Notes: a model not told the origin generated them from the letters alone. DNA of 64,000 nucleotides from the human T2T-CHM13v2.0 reference genome, Homo sapiens (GCF_009914755.1 NC_060941.1), one strand, 5' to 3'; positions 1 to 13,962 are shown, counted from the stretch's first letter. Numbers and translations: made by a program.

Positions 1-1525
1 AAACTGTGGATCCGTCCTCAAGGAGCCCCCAGCCCCGTAAGGAAGATGGACAAGTCATCTGCCCACTGTCATCTGGGATGATGACAGACCTTTACCCTGG
101 GTTGACAGGGCACAAAGGAGGAGAGGAGAAGACAACTGAAGCTGAGTTTGCTGAGGACAAGGCCAGGGACAGTCCGGTAAGGAGGACAGAAGTTACAGAC
201 TCCACACCCTGTGTTTTGCTGCCTGACTTTGCACTTGCTTTCCCTATGCCTGGAACATGAGTCCCTGGTGAGAGGGGAAGCACAGAAAACACACATGCAA
301 AGGCGCAGAGACCAGAGAGGGTGATCGGTCCAGCAAGGATGGGAATCAGGCTCAGACATGAGGTTTAGCTCTTGTGAAGGAAGGAATGATGGAGGGGAAA
401 GAGGATCGGTTAAGAGGATGCTGCAGCAGAAAGCATGAGGCCCTGAGCCAGAGCAGTAGGTACAGAGAGCTGGGAGCAAACTGGTATTCGGCTGCAGAAT
501 TCGGCAACTATACATCCCACACAGGGACGATGAGGAGGAGACATGAGCTGCTTGGCTGCAGAGATCTCTTTCCCAGATAAGCTTCGGAGACCAGGCCACC
601 CCAAGGAGAAAAGTGGAATGCTTTTTGCAGGCACCCAGGGTTTCACAAACAGGGAGACGAGGACCTAGAGAGGAGGAGCAATTGGCCCAAAGGCACACAA
701 CAAACTCGGAACAGAGCCAGAGCCATGCCTGCTGCCCTGTCCTGTAATTTGTGTCCCTCTCTCCTCATCCCTCACCCCCTGTCCAAATGCGAGAACTCAG
801 AAGCAATTGCAAGAAACGCCAACTCCTGACCCTCGTGGAGTTCAAGCGGGAGCCGGCTTGGTGGGAATGCAGCAGGACATTTAGTTAACAGCCCCTCTGG
901 AATGGCCCCGGTCCTTGCACTCCTCTTTAAAAATTTGTCTTCAACCCCGAAAACGAATCGAGGGACCTTGTAAAGAATAGTTATTGACAAGAGAGCTGCT
1001 CAGGGAGCACCAGGGAGCCAGGCCCATGAATCAGTTCGCTAGCAAAATGAGATTTCTCAGACAGCCAGGGCTGGTGAAGGCAGACCAGGAGATTCAGAGG
1101 AACCGCCCGGAGCCCACCCTGCCCCAGCCCCAGCCCCACGCTTCCCACTGTCCTCTCCACACCAGCCCTGGACGCTTCTCCATGCTTGTCTTTAACAAAC
1201 ACTAACTTCAGTTCAGTGTGCTCCCCTTAACAGAAGGCTTCAGGGAGTGGGGGGTGGGAAGTGGGGTTGGAGCCCAGTTGAGAAAATGGAAAACACAATA
1301 AGTAGGCTAGAGAAGGAAACTCTCATTTGAAGGGTCAAAATGTTCTAAGATAGGTTGGCAGGGACTCCTGGAGTCTGACAGTGCATTTGCCAGGTGACCT
1401 TTAGCCAATATGTCACTATTTCTGAGCCCTGGTGTCCCCATATGTAAAAACATGGGAATCACCACTTCTAGGCAGTGTCCACTGGCCTCCCTGAAGAGGT
1501 CCTGCTATTCCAACACTTGTATTTC

Positions 1526-1854
<329 letters not shown>

Positions 1855-2599
1855 CAACACTCGTATTTCTAACAAGAGTCGTGGAAGATAGGAATTATGG
1901 CTATTTTATAGATAAGGAGGCAAGCACACAAAGAGGGCAAGTAACGTGCCTTCAGCTTAGAAGTGACCTGGCGGGCAGCTCCAAACCTACCTGCTTTCTG
2001 CTACATCCGGAGGCAACTGATGATGTTGGAAAGTGAAGGGAATGAGGTTGGAGAGATTTTTAAGTGGGAGAAGAAGAGGGAAGGGTCTCTAAGGATTTGA
2101 TGTTCTCAATAGTGGGGTCTAGGCTGTGGGACCCCCATTTAAGTCACAGATTGTGGATAGTGTTGGGGCAGATGGAAGACTATGAATATGCCACAGATGC
2201 TTGGCCTCTGCCATTGCTGGAGGAACCAGACTCCCTCCTCCACTGGGAACTCCATCCCTAGCTGACTATCACAGCAGACAACCATCAACTCCTGAAAGCA
2301 GAGAACCACCAGACCTTCCTGAGCAAGGTACCGAGCTGAGCTTGTTTGGAGAGCTGGTGGCACAAGCAGAGATGCCTCATGTAAGGAGATGGGCATAAGC
2401 CAGCACCTGCCCTTTCCCTTGGGATACTGTCTGCTCCTTCAGCCTCTCGGGCTAAGCAAGAGAAACTGGGAAGTGGAAGCCATCCCCTATGGCCCTCATC
2501 CTTGCCACATCGGCTCAGTGAATGTTTATTATACCCTTGCCACAGATCTGACAGAGTAGTGAGCACAGAGGAAGTAGGAGTATTAAATAACCGCTGGCA

Positions 2600-2845
2600 T
2601 TCACTGAGAGCTCATTACCTACTAACCACTGTATAGCCATCATTTTATTGACCCCTCACAATAACCAAGTAAGGTAGGTATTATTATTATGCCCATTTTA
2701 CAGATGATGAAATTGAGGCTCAGAGAAGAGAAGTTACATGACTTGTCTCATGCCACCCAGCAAATAAATAGTAGAGGCAGGGATTCAATCCCAGGTTATA
2801 ATAGCTCCAAGTTCTAAAGTCTCCCTGCTGCTCCACACTGTCCTC
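2600..2845 (-). mobile_element. MIR SINE
   Basis: Antisense MIR core cccattttacagatgatgaaattgaggctcagaga with matching flanks. Confidence 0.85.
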
Positions 2846-5154
2846 CTCAGTGGAGTCTGGCAGTTCAGAGAATCATTCTGATGCAGTGGCAAGAGTGCTA
2901 GGCTGGATTACAGGGGCTTAGTGGGGTTCTCACTCTGGCATTGACTGGTCATGTGGCCACGAGTCTGGTACCACCCACATCTGGAGCAAGCCAAGACCCT
3001 CAACAAGAGGCCAGGAGCCAGATGGTCCCTCCAGTGCTGTCCCTTCCGTCTTGATGGTTCTTGGGTCTCATGGTATGAAGCCTGGGCACACCCCGATCTG
3101 CCAGTTCACACCCTCCCTTCATCCATCCTCTTGGACAGTTGTTGTGTGGTGGGAGGTGGCAGAGGTGGGCAGTAACAAGTTTCAGGGGTCCCCAGCTATT
3201 CTCCAAGCTTTGCCAGCTCCGCCATCCTCTATATGGTGCTGCCATTGGCAGGTGCTCCTGTGGGTTTGGGGTTTGCTGTGTCGGAGGAGGCTGGGCATTG
3301 TGAAGGAGAAAGGGAGGATGGGAATGGTAACTACCCCTTTGCTGTGTGTGCTAGAGAGGCACTGAGTCTCAGGGTTAAGACAGAGCTGGAAATTTCAAGT
3401 CGTCTATCCTCTGCCCACAAGGAGTGCTCAGGCGAAAGAAGAGAAAAAGGATCTGTCCTACAGCAGCTCCCAGGATAAGGGAGAAAACAAGACACTGGCC
3501 CATGAAGAATACCCAGTCTGATGGGGGAGACTAGTCATATCATGAAGAAATGATGTCAGGCATTCAGGGAAATATACAAATAAGTGCAAAGTAACCTATG
3601 CATGTAATTTGAGAAGAGGAAATGGAGCAAATGCAGAAGCCAGGCAGTTCATCAGAGAGGTAGCCTGGAGAAGGGTGGAAATGGTGTGAGGAGAGGTACT
3701 AGAATGGGCCCACCAGATGGCTGGGATGTCAAAAACAAGCTGAGGATTAGGAGCAGGGATGCATTTAGCCTGACTGGAGGGATGGAGTCTTGGGGGCCTG
3801 GCTGAGAGGAGGAGTGGGTGCGAGGAGGCGGAAGAGGTGACCCTCCCTCAGATCTCAGAGCCTGGAGCAGCCCTGGGCACCTCCAGTCACAGTGTGAACT
3901 TTCCTGGGTCTCTGCCCTCCTGTGAGATGGGTCTGGACTAAATGTTCTCTGAGTGTCCTCCCCATTCAGGGCCCAACCATAACTTGTCTGCAAAGCGGGT
4001 TCAAGCATCACCATCACCAGTGTCTAACAGCCCTCCCTGGCCACTGAGCAGGGCTGGAGCACAGAGGGGGCCTCAGCCCCCTATGTTAATCCCAGCTCTG
4101 GAGCATGAGGCAGACAGCTGCAGAGTCCCCTGAGGATGAGGCCAGCAGAATTAGAGCCTTGTCTCTGCCACCGCCTTCTTGTGTGACCTCAGGCAGCCCC
4201 TGCAGCCCTCTTTGGGCCCCACTGTGGGGCTGGAAGGGCCCTTTCCCTCTTGACCTTCTGCAATTCTAGAATGGCTTTCTTTCTCCTCCATTACAAACAT
4301 TTCCAACAGCCCTCCTGTGGTTCCCATGGGACAGGGGCACTGGGCTGCTTCCACAGCTTCTGCAAGGTGGGAGGTGAGGGAAGCTGCCAGCGAGGAGAGT
4401 TGACAGGGAACAAAGGAAAAGTGGGCATGTCCTGGGAGCCAGCCTTCATGCCTTCATCTGTAGCAGAGCTGTATGGCCCAATCTCTGCCCTGAGGGTTGA
4501 CCCCACCTGACAGACCCTTCCACATCCAGACACAGAAGAGGGGAAGGGGAGAGAGGGCAGAAGGGAGCTTAGAAGGTTGAAGATGGTGGAAAGTGGCAAG
4601 GGAAGGGTCCCTCTTTCCTGCCTCTGCCCTCCTCACTACCCGCCACCTCCATCTCAATGCACTCTGCCACTCCAAGAAGCAGAGAGCCCAGCCCACCCCT
4701 CCCCTGGTGGGGTGCAATTCATCAACATTGACGGGAGCCTGGAAGATATCAGGGGAGGGCCCTCCTGAGCCCACCCCCTCTACACATAGACACACTTGGC
4801 CACAAAGTCCTCCTTCCAAAGTCCCTCCCTCTCTAGGCTCAGTTCCAGAATCATCCCTTGTGGGATGGCATTCTGCCAAGGAAAGGGCAGGCCCCATAGG
4901 GGTGGGAGAGCTAGAATCTTGTTAGCCCACTGGGCAGGGATCACATATCCCAGCGACTGGGGAGAGAGGAGAGGAGAAGGAGGAAATAATGCTCCAGCAG
5001 CTGCAGCTCCTCGAGATCTTTAGTGATGCCAGGGCCACAGGGCGACCCTCCACCCGAGAAAACCCCACTCCAGGAAGACACGGCAAAACATCAGTCACAC
5101 CTGGTGACAAAAGTGCAGCCATTGTCAGGAGACAGGAGACGGGCTCTGTGGGCA

Positions 5155-5335
5155 CTGGGCACACAGGGCACACGAATGCACACACACTCCCTGCATGCTC
5201 ACAGGGCACACATTGTAAAGGCACACTCTCTAAGCACTCTGCTCACACACTCGCCACACTCACAGGGTGCAAACATGCAGGCACACGTACGCACACCCAC
5301 CACACATGCGCACTTGCATGTATGCATGTGTACCC
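5155..5335. repeat. Degenerate CA-rich low-complexity tract
   Basis: Repeated cacac/gcacac/catgca motifs. Confidence 0.7.
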
Positions 5336-6000
5336 TGGCTATTGGAGCCACACAGCTCTAGTACATTAATAACCAGAGGCAGCTAATGGGAAGGCGGAGG
5401 TCACAGGGGTGGCTGCCAAACTCAGGCGTGGGCCCAATGGAGAGGGGCTGGAGTAAAGAGAGCAGCCCTCCAGACTCTAGTGTACCCATGGGGTCTCTGC
5501 AGAGGGGAACTGCTGCCCATCTGTGTAAATGGCCTTCAGAGGTCCTTACTGGAATAAGAGCTTCTCAGACGGAGGGGTGACCAGGAGCATATCTACTCCA
5601 TACTTAAAATAATACATAAATAGTCTCATGGCACTCAGAAGAATAGCCATTTGCATGCAAGCCAACAACTGAGTTAATGACAAAGATTCTTATCTGTTCA
5701 TTAAAGCAGACTAGCGGGCTCTCTATGTGAAAACACTTTGCAGTTAAAGGGACTATGTTATTAACTCTCATGAAATGATTTATTTGGAGCTGATGCCAGG
5801 TGAGTTGCAACCTGGGAACAGAGGCCCTCATTCAGGGGTGCCCCTGGACTTCTGGGAGGAAAGGGACAGAGATCCTGGAGAGATGATTAAAACCCTTCCT
5901 GTGGATGGAGAGAGGCCTGTCGGAGGCTGGCTGGGACAAAAGGGCACCTCATGCGATTCAGGTTCCATCTGGCCTGGCCGTGGAAGGCAGCAGAATTGAT

Positions 6001-6155
6001 TTCTCCCTGAGCTTCAGTTCCCTGTCTATGAAATGGGGATAAAATAGCACCTACCTCATAGGGTTCTTGTGAGGAATAAATGAGTTATTGCCTGTGAATA
6101 ACAGAAAATGTCTGGCCCACATCTCACCTCAGTAAATGCAAGCTATTATTTTATC
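6001..6155 (+). mobile_element. MIR SINE (3' half)
   Basis: cttcagttccctgtctatgaaatggggataaaatagcacctacctcatagggtt...gtaaatgcaagctattatt matches the MIR core and tail. Confidence 0.85.
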
Positions 6156-7156
6156 ATTTTCCAAAGAAAGATGAATTTTCTAAAGGGATGTGACAGGGAG
6201 ATCTGATCTGATCCTCCATCTGATACTCTAATTTTTAAAACATTTTTCATTTTTTGGTTTGGTGTTTAGAGGCAGGACTTCCTTCTTGAACTAAGTCAGC
6301 TCTCAGGGGTACTTTTGAGAAGATGTTAGAAGTACCCCAAAGAAAGATATTGATGTTTTGCTAATTTGGGGCAGGAGGAGTTCAAGCCATCAGTTTGACA
6401 ATTCAAAAAAGAGCTTACTCTAAAGTGGTGTCAAGGGTAGCTACATTTAAAGCATCCTTCAAGACGGGTTTTTTCCTGGAATTACTCTAAAATAAGGGGT
6501 CTGAACTGAATCTTTCGTGTAGAGGGGAGGAGGCACAACAAATTAATCTTCTTTGTCCAGGCGACACTAACTGGGGATAGGAATGCTTAGGCGGGGCAGG
6601 CCCTGGACACTCAGCTATAGAACCAGGCCTTCGGCTAAGGCAGGCCAGGGAGCTTACAGGCCCTGCACAGCCCCACTCCCACTCCTCAGTCAGGCACAGA
6701 ACTCCAAGGACCATGGTGGGCCTCAGCTTCTAGCCCAGCAGAGATGTCTATCTGCAGGGTGGAGATAAGGCCTGGGCCCTGCAGCAGGGAGCTTATCACA
6801 GCCAGCCTTTCTCTGGGCTGTGTTCACAAGCTGGCTGGCTGCCACCTCTCCCCACTCCATCCTTCCATTCCTCTCCTCTTCCAAGACCTGCATCTTAGTC
6901 CCCCTGAAGGGGCTGTGCACTGGGACAGGGACTACCAGACACACCAGCCTGGGCCCCTTCCAGAGGAAAGAGCTTCTGCAGTCGGGGCAACCAGGGCAAG
7001 AGAAGAGAGAGGAGCCTATACCCTTTTCAGAGCTGGGTATCACCAGGAATTGCCACTGTCTCTGATGGCAGGGAGTCTCTTTCCATGGCAAGACACCACC
7101 TGGGAGGAGCATGCCTCATCCATGGGCCTCATCTGCAAATGCTTACTCCTTGGTAT

Positions 7157-7659
7157 TGATGCAGCGCAGGTGAGCCCAAAACTGGGGCTTAGCCCTGGAG
7201 GGTTCTTGGCTTTGCCCAGGAAAGAATTCAAGGGTGGGTCAGTAGTGTTAGACAGTGACTTTTACTGAAGCGGCAGAGGTACTGCTCTTTGCCAAGCAGG
7301 GCGACCCCATAGGCAGTGTGCCCAGAGTAGCAGCTCCAAGGCAGGGTGGCAGTCATATTTATACCCACTATTAATTATATGCAAATTAAGGGCAGGATAA
7401 TGCAGAAATTTCTAGAAAAAGGATGGTAACTTCCAGGGCATTGGGTCGTTGCCACGAAAAGAGGCAGTAACTTCTGGGTGTTGCCATGGCAATGGTAAAC
7501 TGGCAAGGCACACTGGTGGGCATGTCTTATGGAAAGGTGCCTCCCTTTCCACCATGCCAGTTCACCACCTCCTCCCCTCCCCATCCCTGTTTTAGCTAGC
7601 CTCAATTCAGTCCAGTGTCCGAGCCCCACCTCCAGAGTCAAGTCCCACCTCCTACCTCA
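7157..7659 (-). mobile_element. Solo ERV1 LTR, MER66-like
   Basis: Minus strand begins TGAGGTAGGAGGTGGGACTTGACTC and ends ...GCATCA; imperfect 4-bp TSD gtat/ggat; contains TATAAATA, octamer ATGCAAAT (7379-7386) and X-box GTTGCCATGGCAAT (7480-7493). Confidence 0.8.
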
Positions 7660-7904
7660 GGATGATGAGCCTCCTGGGAGGGCTGCAGTCCCTGGTCTTG
7701 GGGGTGTCCACCTGTATGTTCAAGGAGATGCACAGACTTTGGCTGAGGCTGCCAGATCCCAGGGCAGGACCCAAAAGCTGTCTTCTGTTTGTCTCCTCCC
7801 AGACCCATTGGCCTCTGAAGTCAGTGTTGTGGAAACTCACATCCTGAAGATTTGATCCAGGACTGGAGGACCAGTGGGAAAAGCCAGTGATCCGATTCTT
7901 GCTT

Positions 7905-8170
7905 GGCTATCCCCTCCTCAGAGGGCCCTTCTCTGACCCCTCTACCCAAAATAGCAGCCCTGAGTCACTCTCCATCCCTCCAGCTTGTGCCCTTGTCCTG
8001 CCTGCACCCACCCCCACCTGACACCCGATTTTGTTAAATGCTGTGTGTCTCCCCCACTAGGATGAAGGGCTCCATGAGGACGGAAGCCTTGTTTTAGTCA
8101 ACACTGTATCCCTGCATCTGGCTCAGGGCATGGCACACAGAAGGAGCTTCATACGTGTGTTTAATTCTGA
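7905..8170 (+). mobile_element. L2 LINE 3' end
   Basis: ctgtgtgtctcccccactagga..ctccatgagga....cactgtatccc...tggcacacag matches the L2 3' terminus. Confidence 0.75.
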
Positions 8171-9839
8171 GTTGGCGGGGATGTGAGAAGGGGCAGAGGC
8201 TTCACTCACAGGGAGCTGGATGGCCCACTGAGCATCACAGGCTGGCATGCACCATCAGTGAGCATCTCCCTCTCAGGTGGAAAGGGAGCCCAACATAGTA
8301 AGTTCCTGGGGCCCAAGGCCTCCAGCCCAGCATGCCAGTTTCATCCTGGGTTGCCCTGGGCCTGTGAGGTAGCTGAGAGGACTCCCAGGCTGAGGCGGGC
8401 CCACCACCCCATCACCAACAATCTGATGACAGTCAGCCATTAGCTGGGGGTAGTGGGAGAACGGTGGGGTGGGAGACTCACAGGCAGGGACTCTTCCCTG
8501 GTCAGAAACACTGGGAAGGGAGGGCATGGCCGAGGGGAGGGCATTGGTTATGGAGTCTGAATTCAAACCCTGGAGAAGGGCTCTAACTGGAGGTTTGTGA
8601 AGGACATCAGGGAGTCCACAGCCCCCTGAAATGATTCACAAAGGGAATGTGGGTGTGCACACTTGCACACTGACTTTTCTGAATTTGATTCATTTCTCTA
8701 AGTGGCCTTGACACTGAACATATTGAAAACTTGAGGTAAGGTATAGAACTGTACTTAAGTCACAGCCCAGGCCCTCCTAACCCCTAATCCCCGCTCCAGG
8801 GTCCCAACTGGAATCCCGCCCTAGGTCACACCTGAAGGGGGATCCTTTTAACGTAAACAAGGCCACTCGCTTGCCTCAGCAGGCAGTGGAAGTTACCACC
8901 AAAATAAAGTGAAATAAAATCTCTAACCCCAACTAGCCCATAATGCATTCCCAGACAATGTGGATATGAATTGGAGCATGACGATTCTGTTTGGGATACT
9001 CTGTACTCCCCGTCCTTCTGCTGGAAGGAAATGAATGTGCAACAGCTTAATTTATCCTTCGCTGGGAAGCCATGGAGGCTGGGAGGCAGCTCCTGTGAGG
9101 TCCAATCAACCCTGTAGAGGATTCCTGCTTATCCTAACCTGCCCACAACCCACAGTCTCTGGGCAGGCGTGGCAGGAGCCGAGCTCTACACCCAGACTGG
9201 GAGAACCCCTGCCTTTGATTGCTCAGACTCAGCCTCCTGTAAAAAGACCTGGACGACCTTCTCACCCAGACAGCTTTCCAGGGGTTGGGGGCGGGGCAGG
9301 GAAGGAATGAAGTCTGATGGGCAAATAGATGGGGAAGGCTTTAGTAAGGGTTCAAAACTTTCTTCTGGACAACATAAGGAGAACTCATGCTGGCAAGAGG
9401 AGAAATCTAGACCCCCAGAAAAGACCCAGGGGCAAGAGGGGCCTGGGAAATTTTAGAAAATCACAAGGATTGTCCCACTGAGCTCAGTGAGCAAGCTGGG
9501 AATGGCAGGAGAGGAGAGACAGGGCAGGTAGGCAAGGCAGTCCTAAGGGTCTGGACTTTATCCTGACCCAGAGTGTACCAGGAGAGACTTTTCCAAAGGG
9601 AGTGGCTCAAGAAGATTAGACCAATAGGTTTTAGAACAACAGATATGATGCAGGAGAAAGGTGGAAGGACAGGGACTAAATGAGATGAAGCTATGCTAGG
9701 TGTTAACTGAAGCCAGGAATGGAAATACTTTCCCAAACGGCTTTTTCAGGATTCCCAAATCCCTCATTTCAATTCCTCAACAAGATTTCCTGACATGCAG
9801 GCTTCCAAGATTCGCTGTGCCCTGGGACAGACATGTCAT

Positions 9840-10045
9840 CTAGCAAGAAGAAAGGACTTTGAAGTTCAACAGGGTTGGATTTGAATCTTGGTTCTTCACC
9901 TTATTTCTTGCATGTGACTTTGAGTCAGTATCTGTTACCTAATCTGTAAAATGGGGGTGAAGTTGACTTTTTCTAAAGATGGTTGTGGAGATCAGTGATC
10001 TTTTCCATACAGTCTAAGGCACATAATAAGTGCTCAATAAACAGT
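9840..10045 (+). mobile_element. MIR SINE
   Basis: tttgaatcttgg...tgtgactttg...ctgtaaaatggg...taagtgctcaataaa. Confidence 0.75.
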
Positions 10046-11559
10046 GAACATGAGTACTTTGTCTTTAAATTCCTAGCATGTGCTTGTTAGTCTGGAATCA
10101 CCAATCCCTAGTACCGGGAGGAATCCATTCCAATATTGGAAGAAACAAGACCCAGAGCAGTAGAGTGACTTTTCCAAAGTCCTAGAGTTTTATTAATAAA
10201 GGGGCTGGGATTCAAATCCAGCTCTCCTAACCACTGTTCCATCTTCCATCTTCCCAGTAGTCTCACTCTTGGGCAGACTTGGCCTTTGGGTGCTTCAGGG
10301 AAATGACCACCCTTCATCATGCTTTAAGACTGTGAGGATGTCAGGTCTGTAGCCAATGCCTTCTCTTCGCCTCTCCCCAGATCACAGCCTCATCATCTCC
10401 CTGCCTGGGAGCATCTGTTTCCAAGTGCCCTCAATGCCCCCAGGCCTGGAGGAGCAGAACGGGGCTGGGACTGCGCAGTGGCGTGGGCGGATCTTGGGGG
10501 AGGGAAAGGGCTGCACCGAGGAAGGGAGAGATGCTAAATGTTCGCCCTGTCACCACTCTCTCCCCTGGGCCCCAGCGCAGGGCTGAGGGATGGGCCTGTG
10601 CTCTGTCAGCAGCCCCGGTCCACGATGGATGTGGAACCTGGGAGGATGGTGTCAGCAGCACTTGGTGAGATTCATTTCCCCACTGCTATGGGAGAAAAAT
10701 GTGGCCTTCGTGTCATCCATCTGCTCCGCAGCGAAGTGGTAAACAGGCAAGCCTTGCAGAGAGCAGCCTGGAGCCCAGCCCAGCTCGCAGTCTTCCTACA
10801 GGGCTGGGAGGCTGGGACAAAGCACTGTATCCACGTCCCTGGGCCCACGATGGCAGGGCTTCTTGGGGAGGACCCACTAGCTGGGAGCCTTTGGCGCTGC
10901 CACATGCACCTCCAAGAACCAAAAGTTAGAAAGTCAGGTGAGCCATCATTCCATATCCAATTCATTCTCACCTCTCAGGTGGTTCCGGAGAAAAATGGCT
11001 GGGATCCCCTGAGGTTCCCGAAGCCAGCCCCTCTGCTCAGGCTGTTTCTCTCTCCGCATCAGTCTTGGAATCCTTCCCATGACCAGCCCACAAGTCACTT
11101 CCTCCAGGAGCCGTCCCAGATCCTCCCAGCCTGATCTCAGTGTTCCTAGTGGTTCTCTTACCTTTGGATTGGGCTTTAGGTAGTTGAATAGCTTTTATCC
11201 CACCTCCACCCCCCAGAGACATTTCTGAACTGCCTCCCTGTCAGCTTCACTGATAGCGAGTTATCTGCATTCCAGCTCAATCAAGGACTGGGCTGGAACA
11301 CAAAGAAAGCCAAAGTTCACCCTTTCGCCCCAAATCAGAGGCCGCCTCCTAGAAGACTGTATCAAATACTCTTGTCAAATAAATGCGTTGTGCTTCCAGG
11401 AAAGCAACTAGGACGCCTCCAGGGGAGTTGACTCCCCCATCTCCTGACACTCCCCATCACCTCCTCCCTTCCCCACCATCACGCCTTTCTATAAAACCTT
11501 TCTCAAGTCCTTGCCAACAGTCCCTCCATCTATTCTCTGCAATGTCAAAGCACTTTCAT

Positions 11560-11710
11560 GCCTGCTTGCCCTCTTGTTCTCAGGCCTCACTGACTAAGTT
11601 GGTTGCTGCTGTGATGATTTCCCATCTTACAGATGGGGAAACTGAGGCCAGTGCAGAGATGAGTCTTTCCCTAAGTGACAAGAAGGCAACACAAGGATTA
11701 GGACTGGATG
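11560..11710 (-). mobile_element. MIR SINE fragment
   Basis: cccatcttacagatggggaaactgaggc core. Confidence 0.7.
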
Positions 11711-11711
11711 G

Positions 11712-13000
11712 ATTCAATTAAAAGCCTCAGAAGCAGTCCCTTTCCACATTTTTAATGTTCCCAGCACCAGCATAAGGCCCCTGCTGGATCTTTTACTCTG
11801 TTTCCCCACCCCTTGTTCTCCCCAGGATAATGACGACACCCTCTTACCCAGCCTCCCTGCCCGGCTCTCCCCATGTACAGCCTTTAGCTGCAGAGCCATC
11901 TTTCTAATCTGTCTCTGATCCTGTCACCCCTCAAGGAGGCTGCCTTTCTCCCTTTCCCCTGCCCCTTATAGGTGTCCTTTAGGGGAGTGCAGAGATGACA
12001 TTTATGCCACCCCAGGTGGGTGGACCTTGTGGGTGCTTTCAGTCTGCTCCATGGAACACCAGAGCCCTCCCCACTTCCAGGACTCTCTGAGGAAATGGGA
12101 AGGACGGCTCATCCATCCAGCGACACACACCAGACTCTGTTCAAAGCCCTGGTCTTGTCTCCACCTTTTATCCCCCAGACCTCCTGCCCCATGGTTCACC
12201 AGAAGAAAGGGCATGTAGAGGACAATCAGGAGGGCTGAATCAATCCTTCTCCTTCAATGCCCCTCTTTAGTCAGAGGCTGCAGAGACCATGGGGAGACGA
12301 AGATGATCACAACCCAGCCCAGCCCCCAGGACTCACCCCCCATCCCATGTGACATTGGACAAACCCCTTTCCCTCCCCGTCTGTTAAGCAAGAGAGAAGA
12401 ACCCGGATCTTAACTTGGGGAGGGGACATGGACCCCTTACACACCATCCAGGGGAGTGGTTGATGCAATGACTGCTTCCTGACCATGGATTCCCCTTAAA
12501 GCTCCATGGAGGCCACTTTTAGATGCCTTTTCTAGTTTCTGCATCCCCCAAACAGGCCAAGAAAAAGCAGTCCCTCCCTGTCCCGTGGCAGCCAGCTCCG
12601 GAATAGGCTAGGGGAGGGGGCGTTTCACCTCTCATCCCTCACGTGGGGTTAGTGGAGCCGGCAGGGCCATCACTCACTGCGCCAATCTCTTGCTCCAGCG
12701 CCGGCCCAACCCCATCCCCTCCTCCAGAGATTTGTCCTCCAGCGAGGACAGCTCATCTCTCTCACCCCCAGCTCTCAGCAGGCGTGGCTGGGTGAGAGCC
12801 TGGGAAGGACCCTGGAGACCACCCTCCAACTTGGCATTCTGCCTGGGTCCTCCTGCCCTCAGCATCTCTTCAATACTCAGCCCCTCCCTCCGGCCCTCTC
12901 CTCCCATCCCACTTTCAGCCAAGGAACATTTTAAATGAATTCAATTTAAAACTTCAGAAGCAATCCCTTCCCACATCTTTAAAGTTCACGGCCCCAGCAT
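11712..13000 (+). repeat. Dispersed direct repeat pair, 62 bp (11712-11773 and 12939-13000)
   Basis: Ungapped manual alignment gives 52/62 identities; offset 1227 bp. Confidence 0.85.
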
Positions 13001-13962
13001 CAGACTCATTTGTTCGAGATTTCATTCAACAAGGAGCTCAGTCTGTCACCTCTTTGCTGAAGCATCCAAGCTGAATTGTGGCACTCTGCTTGGAAGTCCT
13101 AGAATAAGCACTTCCTTGAGCACCCTGTCTTCAGGGTGAGGGCCTGAGCTCTGGCATCTCTGCCTCTCCCACTGGGCTGTGAACCACTCGAGAGCACACA
13201 CCCTCTGGATTCATTTTCTAACTCTCTACCTGTGCCTGGCATACAGTATGTGCCATGGATGGCTGACTGCCTCTGCTGATTGGGGATCCACTATGTGCCC
13301 AGCATCGTGTAGGCCCAAAGGGCTGGCCAAGAACAATGCATCTAGTGGAGGTGACAGGTGCAGAAACCAACAAAATGCCGCTCTGACCATCAGCACAACA
13401 AGGTGAGCAGCCCCCACCCACATGCTGTGCTCTTTATCCACTTACCCACAACTCCAGCCACATTGGCCACACCCTCTAGAGCTGAATCAGGCCCCCCAGG
13501 CAGATGAGGAGTCCAGCTCTCCTACATTCCACCACTATCATCACTACCACTCTCCAGAACATTGGGGCCAGAAGAGAGAGCTTAGTGCAAGCTCTGCACC
13601 TTGAGAGGAGAGTAGGAAATTCTCTCTGGCTGTTCTTATAAAGGATGGGGAGGGCCTGGCAAAAAGGGGAAGCAAAGAGAACCATTCTCTCACTCTGCCC
13701 CGACCACTGGCTTACTTTGGTTAGAGAATATTATCGCAAATGCCATGGGGACAGCAAACTCACTACAGAAAACAGCTGTAGCCCTCAGAATGCATTTGGA
13801 GGAGCTGCTTTGGGAGATCTTCCCAGCTCCCTGGGTCTCCTCCTTTAGAGAGCTTGCAACTACAGCAGAAGTCTAGACAGACTCCCCATTGTACATTCGG
13901 TCTCAGTTCAAGGGGGTTCAAGGAGGAGAACTCTTCAGATCTAGGCAAAAGGGGCCCCTGCC

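Noticed and set aside
69-698. 209-aa minus-strand ORF
   Set aside because: Low-complexity Ser/Leu/Cys/Pro composition, no recognisable domain, overlaps a MIR-like fragment; expected by chance in GC-rich DNA.
3708-3723. CTCF-like motif gcccaccagatggctg (also ctgccatctggtagg near 51437)
   Set aside because: Partial matches only; too frequent by chance to call without ChIP data.
6270-6595. Possible old LTR or DNA element
   Set aside because: Could not match termini, TSD or a recalled consensus.
10538-11134. 198-aa ORF in a mildly CpG-rich region
   Set aside because: No recognisable homology or exon structure; overlapping ORFs in several frames indicate stop-codon scarcity rather than coding.
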